DNA of 64,000 nt from Pseudomonadota bacterium. Its GTDB lineage: Bacteria; Pseudomonadota; Gammaproteobacteria; Acidiferrobacterales; UBA6901. Below, piece after piece: positions 48,330-56,243 of the stretch. Positions within the stretch are counted from its first letter, which is position 1; each line of letters begins with the position of its first letter. The translations under genes and the position numbers were made by a program. The stretch is from positions 514,196 to 578,195 of the forward strand of contig JAJYEX010000001.1 of assembly GCA_021785515.1 (NCBI GenBank), in the 5' to 3' direction. The notes beneath the pieces are model-generated. The model searched no databases and was not told the origin of the DNA. It was given only the letters and a program-made list of their open reading frames with translations.

Positions 48330-49070
48330 TCCCGGGGTCACAGACCGGACACAGCGCGGTCAAAGCTAAACGTTAGTCTTGCGGTCCCGTAACTGACATG
48401 CGGGAACGGCGCGTCATGGCGCAGCAGCGAGTTGCGGCCGCCAATTGCGAACGCCAGCATATGGTAATGCATTGTTTCGTGTGCGGGGGTCACACGTACA
48501 GGGATGTTGTATCGGACCCATATGGTCCGAATACCCCACCAAAATTTGCGGTGGACGGCGGTGCCAGGGACCGACGGGGTCTTGGCACCGCTTCCGTTCA
48601 ATCAGAACATATTTCCATCCACTGGCATCCGGTTGACAAAGAAATTGGCTTTTTGATCGCCGGTAAGATGCCATCTCGCATCGCTGCCGCTTTGCGACCG
48701 CAATTGCAATTGAAGCCCGCGCGAAAGATCATAAAAGGCTTGTTTTTGAACGCTATTCCCAACTTCATCGCGGAATCAACCGGGCGCTTTCAATTGACCG
48801 TACCCGTATTTGAGCATATATTTTTCAGATGCTTGTGGATGCGGTGGGGCGGACCCGTAGCGGCGCGATATGCTGGCGCCGGATCGCCACATCATGGCGC
48901 GGATATGGATGCCGCACCCCCGCGCAGAAGCACTTTCGATTTGCAGGTGCCGGGCACCGGTTGATTCCCGCCCTGCCTGTCACCGGCCACCGCGTATGGA
49001 CCTCCCAACCGCAGCACAACCCTCAAGCTTCCCGGGGCCGGATCCTCTGGCCCGATAGCCGCTGTGAGCG

Positions 49071-50441
49071 GTGGACGGTCGACGGCCGACCCCGGCGATC
49101 GGCACAGCGCTGCTTTCTGGCATGAGCGGACGCGAATCGGGTTCGCCCGGCGACCAGAGCGAGGAATTGGCGCGCGTCCTGAATCGCGACTGCCATTGCT
49201 TGAGCATCGATGCTGACGCATTGCAGCGCGAGCTGGAACAAGATCCCCAGAACAGCGACCTCTATCATTCCATCATTGAATCGAGGCCATACCTGTTCAG
49301 CGCCTCGGCAGTGTTCGTATCGCGGCCGGACGTCGAACGCATGGCCTCCGTTATCCGTGCGGTTGAAAGCGTTGTGGCCCTGCCCGGCTACCGGGAGACG
49401 GTGCTGGCCTGGGGACCAGCCATCGCCCGGATCGACCACGGTCCGCGCGGCGTGTTTCTCGGCTTCGACTTTCACCTTGGGACGGAAGGACCACGACTCA
49501 TTGAAATCAACACCAACGCTGGCGGAGCCCTTTTGAACACCGTGCTGGCCCGGGCCCAGCGCGCCTGCTGCGATCAGGTCCGGCAGCTCGCCACGGGACC
49601 CGTGGACCTGCGCCTGCTTGAACAGGTGTTTTACGACATGTTTCTTGCTGAGTGGCGCCTGCAACGCGGTGGCGGCCAGCCCCGGGTCATCGCCATCGTT
49701 GACGATGATCCTTCGCAACAGTACCTGTATCCCGAATTTGTGCTGTTTCGGCAGCTATTTATGCGTAACGGTCTGCGGTGCGTCATCGTCGACCCCGGGA
49801 ACCTGATCTACGACGGAACTGCGCTGCGGCATGAAGGCGAGACCATAGATGTTGTGTACAACCGCCTTACCGATTTCGCGCTGGAGCAACCGCACCATGC
49901 GGCCCTGCGTGCCGCCTATGCCGAAGGTGCCGTCGTGCTGACGCCCCACCCACGCGCCCATGCGTTGTATGCTGACAAGCGTAACCTGTCGGTACTCACC
50001 GACGCGCATCTTCTGGAAACCTGGGGAGTGGATGAAGCCACACAACGCATCTTGCAGACGGGTATTCCCCATACCACGCTCATCGAGCCGGACCGCCATA
50101 CCGGCCTGTGGACCGACCGGAGAAAATTTTTCTTCAAGCCGGTGGCCGGCTACGGCAGCAAGGCCGCATACCGCGGGGACAAGCTTACCAAGCGCGCGTG
50201 GTCCGAGATTGTCGCCGGCCAGTTTGTGGCTCAGGAGACCGTGCCGCCGAGCGAACGCCGTCTGCGCGTCGGTGGTGAGGAAGTGAGTCTCAAGCTTGAT
50301 ATGCGCAATTACGTCTACAACGGCGCCGTGCAGCTGCTGTCGGCAAGGCTGTACCGGGGCCAGACTACCAATTTCCGGACACCGGGCGGCGGGTTCGCAC
50401 CTGTTTTTCTGCCCGACGCGTCCTGCGACCGGCGCCTCTGA
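49071..50441 (+). CDS. Uncharacterised ATP-grasp-type ligase with glutathionylspermidine-synthase-like layout
   Basis: GFDFHLGTEGPRLIEINTNAGG resembles the RFDF...KLLEYNADTP pre-ATP-grasp motif. It also has YADKRNLSVL and a C-terminal NFRTPGGGFAPV. The start is either the GTG at 49071 or the ATG at 49122, and neither has a clear SD. Confidence 0.5.
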   Translation: MDGRRPTPAIGTALLSGMSGRESGSPGDQSEELARVLNRDCHCLSIDADALQRELEQDPQNSDLYHSIIESRPYLFSASAVFVSRPDVERMASVIRAVESVVALPGYRETVLAWGPAIARIDHGPRGVFLGFDFHLGTEGPRLIEINTNAGGALLNTVLARAQRACCDQVRQLATGPVDLRLLEQVFYDMFLAEWRLQRGGGQPRVIAIVDDDPSQQYLYPEFVLFRQLFMRNGLRCVIVDPGNLIYDGTALRHEGETIDVVYNRLTDFALEQPHHAALRAAYAEGAVVLTPHPRAHALYADKRNLSVLTDAHLLETWGVDEATQRILQTGIPHTTLIEPDRHTGLWTDRRKFFFKPVAGYGSKAAYRGDKLTKRAWSEIVAGQFVAQETVPPSERRLRVGGEEVSLKLDMRNYVYNGAVQLLSARLYRGQTTNFRTPGGGFAPVFLPDASCDRRL

Positions 50442-50483
50442 GGCCGCAGGAAACGGTGGCCGTTAACGCGACCGGCTGATGCG

Positions 50484-50939
50484 ATGTATAAGCGGTGTGC
50501 GCGCATTCTGTTTGTAGACACGGACCGGCTTTCCTGCTCGCTCATGGCATGGGCCTGGTCACGGCAGCTGGGTGCGGACCGCATCGAGGCGCGCACCGCG
50601 GACATCGGCCTGCAGGCGGTGAACCCGGCCATCCAGACTGTCATGCGGGAAGTCGGGATCGATATCACGGACGTGCATTCGCCCCGCCTCACTTCGGACA
50701 TGCTGGCCTGGGCCGATCTGGTGGTCACCATCTCCGGCAGCGATTCTAAGACCGCTCCGGCGCCACTGCCGCCGGGCGTCCAGGGGAAACTCTGGCGGCT
50801 TGGCAACGCCGGGGCGACCCCGGACCTCGAGACCTGGCGCAGGTTGCGCGACACGATCCGTGATCGGATAGAAAGCATGATCGGCGGCATGAACATGCTC
50901 AAGCGGATGGACCAGGATGAACCGGCTGAGGGTGAGTAG
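50484..50939 (+). CDS. ArsC/LMW-PTP-fold protein with all catalytic residues substituted (pseudo-phosphatase)
   Basis: It aligns along its length with thioredoxin-coupled ArsC. ILFVDTDRLSCSLMA replaces I-x-F-[IV]-CTGNSCRSQMA, VVTISGSDSKTAP replaces VVTLCSDADNNCP, and LGNAGA replaces FDDPAG. Confidence 0.7.
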   Translation: MYKRCARILFVDTDRLSCSLMAWAWSRQLGADRIEARTADIGLQAVNPAIQTVMREVGIDITDVHSPRLTSDMLAWADLVVTISGSDSKTAPAPLPPGVQGKLWRLGNAGATPDLETWRRLRDTIRDRIESMIGGMNMLKRMDQDEPAEGE

Positions 50940-51003
50940 TGGATCTGGCCCGCCAGACCCTTTGTAACACACTGATTATTAATATACTTAAATATTCACA
51001 TTC

Positions 51004-51042
51004 CTGTCATATTTGTTCATCAAACTGTCATATGACAGTTGG
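51004..51042 (+). promoter_or_regulatory. Tandem Pho boxes of the pstS promoter
   Basis: CTGTCAT-ATTT-GTTCATC (51004-51021), then AAA, then CTGTCAT-ATGA-CAGTTGG (51025-51042). A candidate -10 element, CATACT, lies at 51045-51050. Confidence 0.7.
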
Positions 51043-51087
51043 AACATACTGCCCGCCGCAAACTTACCCAAATTCCTGGAGAGCAAC

Positions 51088-52134
51088 ATGTTAAATTCTG
51101 TGCATAGAAAGGGTCGCCTGTCAGCCGGCCGACTCGCGGTCGCCATTGGCACCGCTGCGCTTGCGCTGGGGCTGGCCACTGCCCGAGCGGATGAAATCAC
51201 GGGTGCGGGCAGCACCTGGGTATATCCCCTGGTTATCAAGTGGGCTGTCGCGTATCAGCATAAGACCGGCACCCAAATCAATTATCAGGGCATCGGTTCG
51301 GGCGGCGGAATTGCCCAGATCAATGCCGGCACCGTTGCGTTTGGGGCAAGTGACATGCCGCTGACGCCGGCCTACCTGCGCAAACATCACCTGATCCAGT
51401 TCCCGACGGCAATCGCCGGCGAAGACCTTGTCATGAACATTCCCGGAATCAGGCCAGGCGAGCTGATTCTGAGCGGCCCGGTTGTTGCCAAGATCTATCT
51501 TCACGAGATCGCCAAGTGGAATGACCCGCGCATCCAGGCCCTGAACCCGCACGTAAAACTGCCCAATCTCGACATCGCGGTTGTCCACCGCTCTGACGGT
51601 TCCGGCACGACTTTCACCTTCACAAACTACCTGTCCAAGGTGAGCCCGGAATGGAAGAAGCGGATCGGCGCCAACACCGTCGTCGCCTGGCCCACTGGCC
51701 TCGGTGGCAAGGGTAACGAGGGCGTCGCCGCCTATGTGCAGCGTATTCGCGGTGCGATCGGCTACGTCGAGTACGCCTACATCCTCGAGAACCACATGAC
51801 CTATGCCCGGATGTACAACCGCGAGCACCGGCTGGTGAGCCCGAGCCTGGCCGGATTCCAGGCGGCCGCCTCACACGTCGACTTCACCAAGGCGCATGAC
51901 TTCTATGTCATCCTCACCGACCAGCCCGGTCCGACCACTTGGCCGATTTCAGGCTGCACGTGGCAGATCCTGCGCACCAATGCGCCCAAAGCCAAGAACG
52001 AGAAAGTGGTGAAATTCTTCAGCTGGGGCTTCGAGCATGGCCAGAGCATGGCACGGTCCATCGCCTTCGGACCTCTGCCTCCGCCCACGGTCCGGGCGAT
52101 TCAGGCCTACTGGATGAAACATCTGGGTATATAA
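51088..52134 (+). CDS. pstS: Phosphate ABC transporter substrate-binding protein PstS
   Basis: The ATG at 51088 follows GGAGAG. It has the signal peptide AVAIGTAALALGLATARA and the motif GAGSTWVYPL. The track start at 51013 lies inside the Pho boxes. Confidence 0.9.
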   Translation: MLNSVHRKGRLSAGRLAVAIGTAALALGLATARADEITGAGSTWVYPLVIKWAVAYQHKTGTQINYQGIGSGGGIAQINAGTVAFGASDMPLTPAYLRKHHLIQFPTAIAGEDLVMNIPGIRPGELILSGPVVAKIYLHEIAKWNDPRIQALNPHVKLPNLDIAVVHRSDGSGTTFTFTNYLSKVSPEWKKRIGANTVVAWPTGLGGKGNEGVAAYVQRIRGAIGYVEYAYILENHMTYARMYNREHRLVSPSLAGFQAAASHVDFTKAHDFYVILTDQPGPTTWPISGCTWQILRTNAPKAKNEKVVKFFSWGFEHGQSMARSIAFGPLPPPTVRAIQAYWMKHLGI

Positions 52135-52199
52135 GTCCGTGAAGTATTTGGGCATCTAAGTCGCGGGTACCGGATCATTCGTCGCGATTTAGGTGAAAG

Positions 52200-52229
52200 A
52201 CGGGGCCGTTTCGGCCCCGTTCTTTTCTT
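52200..52229 (+). terminator. Intrinsic terminator/attenuator between pstS and pstC
   Basis: ACGGGGCCG-TTT-CGGCCCCGT (perfect 9-bp stem, 52200-52220) followed by TCTTTTCTT. Confidence 0.6.
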
Positions 52230-52300
52230 GGCCCCTACGCTCTGATATAACCTGCCCCGACCATTTCCCTTACACCAGACCAGCCTGTCCGGGAGATTTC

Positions 52301-53254
52301 GTGGAAAAACCGCCTTCGCCGCCTCGCCTGACCCGTCTATGGGACCCCCTGTTCAAGGGGACAACGGCAGCCTTGGCGTACATGGTGCTCATACTGCTGG
52401 TGGCAGTTTGTCTCGCCTTGCTGCACCAGGGCGCACTGGCGTTCCGGACCTTTGGCTGGCATTTCCTCGTCAGCAAGGCCTGGGATCCCGCCAACAACCA
52501 CTTTGGCGCCCTGATTCCGATCTACGGCACCCTGGTCAGTTCGCTGATTGCCATCGTTATCGCAGTCCCGGTCAGTCTGGGCATCGCACTGTTTATCACC
52601 GAACTGGCGCCACGGTGGCTTCGCCAGCCGGTCTCGGCCGCCATCGAACTGCTCGCCGCTATCCCCAGCATCATCTTCGGGATGTGGGGCCTGTTTACTT
52701 TTGCTCCCTGGTTTTCCGGTTACGAACCCTGGATCAGCGACCATCTGGGATCCATTCCGGGGGTCGGTGCCCTGTTCCGCGGACCGCCGTTTGGAATCGG
52801 CATGCTGACGGCCGGGATCATATTGGCCATCATGATCATTCCCTTCATTGCCTCCATCATGCGCGAAGTGTTTCTGCTGACACCGCCGCTGCTTAAGGAA
52901 TCGGCCTATGGCGTAGGCGCTACCACCTGGGAAGTGCTGCGCAACGTGGTGTTGCCGTACACGCGCACGGCGGTGGCCGGCGGCATCTTTCTGGGTCTGG
53001 GACGGGCGCTGGGCGAGACGATGGCCGTAACGTTCGTCATTGGCAACGCCCACAGTATCAGCGCCTCACTGCTCAACCCCGGCTATTCGATCGCCGCGGC
53101 GCTAGCCAATGAGTTCACCGAAGCCTTCTCCCCACTGTACAAGTCCTCGCTGATTGCCCTGGGATTCATTCTGTTCATCATAACTTTCATCATCCTCGTC
53201 CTGGCGAAGCTGCTCCTTCTGCGGCTTGAGCGTGCGCAGGGCGAATCGACATAG
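52301..53254 (+). CDS. pstC: Phosphate ABC transporter permease PstC
   Basis: Polytopic permease containing an EAA-like loop. The GTG at 52301 follows GGGAGA and is preferred over the track start 52193, which would include the terminator hairpin. Confidence 0.85.
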   Translation: MEKPPSPPRLTRLWDPLFKGTTAALAYMVLILLVAVCLALLHQGALAFRTFGWHFLVSKAWDPANNHFGALIPIYGTLVSSLIAIVIAVPVSLGIALFITELAPRWLRQPVSAAIELLAAIPSIIFGMWGLFTFAPWFSGYEPWISDHLGSIPGVGALFRGPPFGIGMLTAGIILAIMIIPFIASIMREVFLLTPPLLKESAYGVGATTWEVLRNVVLPYTRTAVAGGIFLGLGRALGETMAVTFVIGNAHSISASLLNPGYSIAAALANEFTEAFSPLYKSSLIALGFILFIITFIILVLAKLLLLRLERAQGEST

Positions 53255-53263
53255 GGCACCGCC

Positions 53264-54103
53264 GTGGATTTGCGCTACCTCAGACGACGCTTTACCAACG
53301 TGTTCAACCTCGGGATGGCGGTGGCGACCACCGTCCTGGGACTTTTCTGGCTGCTCTGGATCCTCTACACCACCGCGCGCTTCGGATACCACAATCTCAA
53401 TCTGGCGCTGTTCACCCAGGATACCCCTGCTCCCGGAGCCCCGGGCGGGCTGCGGAACGCCTTCGTAGGCAGCCTGATCATGATTGGCGTCGCCATCGCA
53501 GTGGGGACACCGGCGGGCGTCCTGGCTGGCACCTATCTGGCGGAATTTGCCGGACGCCGACGCATCGGCGAAATCGTGCGCTTTTTCAATGATATCCTTC
53601 TGAGCGCCCCTTCCATCGTCGTCGGGCTGTTCGTCTATTCAGTGGTGGTGTCAGTGACCGGCAATTTTTCCGGGCTCTCCGGGGGGCTGGCGCTTGCCAT
53701 CGTTCTGCTTCCGGTCGTCGTACGCACAACGGATGAGATGTTGCGCCTGGTGCCATCGACCATGCGGGAAGCCGCCATGGCGCTGGGCTCCCCATACTGG
53801 AGGGTGGTTGTTCAGATCACCTATCGGGCGGCACGCTCGGGGATCCTGACCGGGGTATTGCTCGGGGTCGCGCGCATCAGCGGGGAAACGGCCCCGCTGC
53901 TTTTTACGGCCCTGAATAACCAGTTCTGGAGCACGAATCTATCTAAACCCATGGCAAACGTACCAGTCACCATATTCCAGTTCGCCCTGAGTCCCTACCA
54001 GGGATGGCAGCATCTGGCGTGGGCTGGCGCGCTGGTCGCCACTTTCGCGGTTCTTGGGCTAAGCATTTTTTCCCGCTTCCTCATCAGGCAAAGGAACAGT
54101 TAA
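53264..54103 (+). CDS. pstA: Phosphate ABC transporter permease PstA
   Basis: 279-aa polytopic protein with a GTG start, containing MREAAMALGSPYWRVV. Confidence 0.9.
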   Translation: MDLRYLRRRFTNVFNLGMAVATTVLGLFWLLWILYTTARFGYHNLNLALFTQDTPAPGAPGGLRNAFVGSLIMIGVAIAVGTPAGVLAGTYLAEFAGRRRIGEIVRFFNDILLSAPSIVVGLFVYSVVVSVTGNFSGLSGGLALAIVLLPVVVRTTDEMLRLVPSTMREAAMALGSPYWRVVVQITYRAARSGILTGVLLGVARISGETAPLLFTALNNQFWSTNLSKPMANVPVTIFQFALSPYQGWQHLAWAGALVATFAVLGLSIFSRFLIRQRNS

Positions 54104-54877
54104 ATGAGCGGTACAGCGCCACCGGAACCGAAGATCAGCGTGCGCAACCTGAACTTCCATTACGGCAAGTTCCATGCACTGAAGAACATCAGCCTGGACG
54201 TTGCCGAACGCGAGGTCACGGCCTTCATTGGCCCCTCCGGCTGCGGAAAGTCCACGCTTCTGCGGGTCTTTAACCGCATGTACGCGCTTTATCCGAACCA
54301 GGTGGCGACCGGGGAAGTGCTTCTGGACCAGCAGAATATCCTTGATCGAAGGCAGGATCTGCACCATCTGCGTTCCCGGGTCGGCATGGTCTTTCAGAAA
54401 CCGACTCCGTTCCCCATGTCGATCTACGACAACATCGCCTTCGGCGTGCGCCTGCATGAGCGGCTGAAAAAGGGGGCCATGGATGACCGGATCGAGGCGG
54501 CGTTGCGGCAGGCGGCCCTGTGGGACGAAGTCAAGGACAAGCTCAAGCAGAGCGGTATGAGCCTGTCTGGCGGACAGCAGCAGCGGCTGTGTATTGCACG
54601 TGCAATCGCTGTCAGACCGGACGTTTTGCTGCTGGACGAACCGGCATCGGCCCTCGATCCGATATCGACCCTCAAGATCGAAGAGCTGATTTATGAGCTG
54701 CGACAGAATTACACGATCGTCATCGTGACGCATAATATGCAACAGGCCGCGCGCGTGTCCGACTATACTGCGTTCATGTACCTGGGGGAACTGGTGGAGT
54801 TTGGTGACACCAACTCGATCTTCACCAACCCGAGCCAGAGGCAGACGGAAGACTACATCACCGGCCGGTACGGCTGA
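54104..54877 (+). CDS. pstB: Phosphate ABC transporter ATP-binding protein PstB
   Basis: Walker [10 protein letters not shown], signature LSGGQQQR and Walker B LLLDEP. Confidence 0.95.
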   Translation: MSGTAPPEPKISVRNLNFHYGKFHALKNISLDVAEREVTAFIGPSGCGKSTLLRVFNRMYALYPNQVATGEVLLDQQNILDRRQDLHHLRSRVGMVFQKPTPFPMSIYDNIAFGVRLHERLKKGAMDDRIEAALRQAALWDEVKDKLKQSGMSLSGGQQQRLCIARAIAVRPDVLLLDEPASALDPISTLKIEELIYELRQNYTIVIVTHNMQQAARVSDYTAFMYLGELVEFGDTNSIFTNPSQRQTEDYITGRYG

Positions 54878-54893
54878 TCAAGGAGCACAGGCC

Positions 54894-55613
54894 ATGGAGC
54901 CCATTCATACGCACATTTCCCGCCAGTTCAACGCCGAACTTGAGGACATCCGCACGCGGGTTCTGCAGATGGGCGGACTGGTCGAGCGGCAGATAGAACA
55001 CGCGATCGAATCCCTGGTGAAGGGCGACGTGAACCTTGGAGAAGCGGTCATCATGGACGACACCAAGGTGAACGCCATGGAGGTGTCCATCGATGAGGAA
55101 TGCAACCAGATCATCGCCAAGCGCCAACCGGCGGCCAGCGACCTGCGGCTGGTGGTAGCGGTAATCAAGACCATAACGGATCTGGAGCGTATCGGCGACG
55201 AAGCCGAGAAGATTGCCCGCATGGCGGTGCGCCTGGCGCAGGAGGAACGGCCGAAAAGCAACTACATGGAGATCCAGGCGCTAGGAAACAGGGTGCAGCA
55301 GATGCTGCGTGACGCCCTGAACGCCTTTGCTCGCCTGGACGCAACGGCTGCGGTCCACTCCGCGCAGGAAGACATCAAGGTGGACCAGGATTATGACGGC
55401 GTGATGCGCCAGATGATCACGTTCATGATGGAAGATCCCCGGACAATCAGCCGCATGCTGAACGTAATCTGGGCCGCGCGCGCGCTCGAACGCATCGGGG
55501 ACCACGCCAGCAACATCTGCGAGTATGTAATCTATCTGGTCAAGGGCAAGGACGTGCGGCACGTCAGTCTCGAGCAGATCGAGAAGGAAGTGCTGGGCGG
55601 AAAGAACGTCTAG
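54894..55613 (+). CDS. phoU: Phosphate signalling complex protein PhoU
   Basis: The ATG at 54894 follows AGGAG (MEPIHTHISRQFNAELEDIR). Two PhoU repeats contain E(R)IGD motifs. Confidence 0.9.
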   Translation: MEPIHTHISRQFNAELEDIRTRVLQMGGLVERQIEHAIESLVKGDVNLGEAVIMDDTKVNAMEVSIDEECNQIIAKRQPAASDLRLVVAVIKTITDLERIGDEAEKIARMAVRLAQEERPKSNYMEIQALGNRVQQMLRDALNAFARLDATAAVHSAQEDIKVDQDYDGVMRQMITFMMEDPRTISRMLNVIWAARALERIGDHASNICEYVIYLVKGKDVRHVSLEQIEKEVLGGKNV

Positions 55614-55640
55614 CTGCCTGTCCGGCTCCGTCGGCCGGGT

Positions 55641-55871
55641 TCAGGCGTGATGAACCTGGGACTCTTCGTCCCTAAGCGCATCCATGATGCGGCGCCGGAT
55701 AAGTACCGGCAGATATTCCATGATTTTTGCGCCGGCCTTGAGTTTCTCCAGCTCCGACTCATACAGCGCCTCTATTTTACCCTCAGGCAGTCCGCACTGA
55801 AGTGAAATAGCGTGGATCAGTTCATGGTGCACCGCGCGCTCTTTCTCATTCTGGTAGAGCTCGTTTGACAT
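55641..55871 (-). CDS. Small protein resembling DUF3562
   Basis: The ATG at 55871 follows GGGAGG. The product is MSNELYQNEKERAVHHELIHAISLQCGLPEGKIEALYESELEKLKAGAKIMEYLPVLIRRRIMDAL. Confidence 0.55.
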   Translation of the reverse strand: MSNELYQNEKERAVHHELIHAISLQCGLPEGKIEALYESELEKLKAGAKIMEYLPVLIRRRIMDALRDEESQVHHA

Positions 55872-56179
55872 AGTGCCTCCCTTGTCGATTATTGATTTCC
55901 CATATCCGCCCGCCGCCACTGCCGCTGCAGTTTACTCCGACCAGACCCTAGAGGCCCGTCAATTTTTGGGGTGGGCATACGCCGGTCGACAGATACATTT
56001 CTAAATAATAAGAAAGAAAATTTTGTTAATGCAATACTAAATGTTAGATTTGTAAGTATCTGGTCTTATATGAATTTATTCTGACTTGTCCGTCCAGGTA
56101 TCCGGCTATTCCTGACGGCGCACTGGCCCCAGGCAGCCCGGTGTCCCCGGACATGCAGCGGTGCGATAATGAAACATTT

Positions 56180-56197
56180 CTGTCATGTTTGATGTTT
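56180..56197 (+). promoter_or_regulatory. Pho box upstream of ppk
   Basis: CTGTCAT-GTTT-GATGTTT, 47 nt upstream of the ppk ATG. Confidence 0.5.
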
Positions 56198-56243
56198 ATA
56201 CTCAGCAAGTGCAACGTGTTTGCGCCGAAAGGGCCTTAACCCG

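Noticed and set aside
48602-48778. Reading the two in-frame TGA codons on the minus strand as selenocysteine or programmed read-through.
   Set aside because: No SECIS-like hairpin is evident immediately downstream of either TGA, and the flanking peptide has no selenoprotein-like motif. Decay or chance is more parsimonious.
48398-48964. The 188-aa plus-strand ORF as the gene filling the phoR to ATP-grasp gap.
   Set aside because: It has no recognisable motif, an odd composition, and no SD, and it overlaps equally long ORFs in other frames. I cannot support it as a gene.
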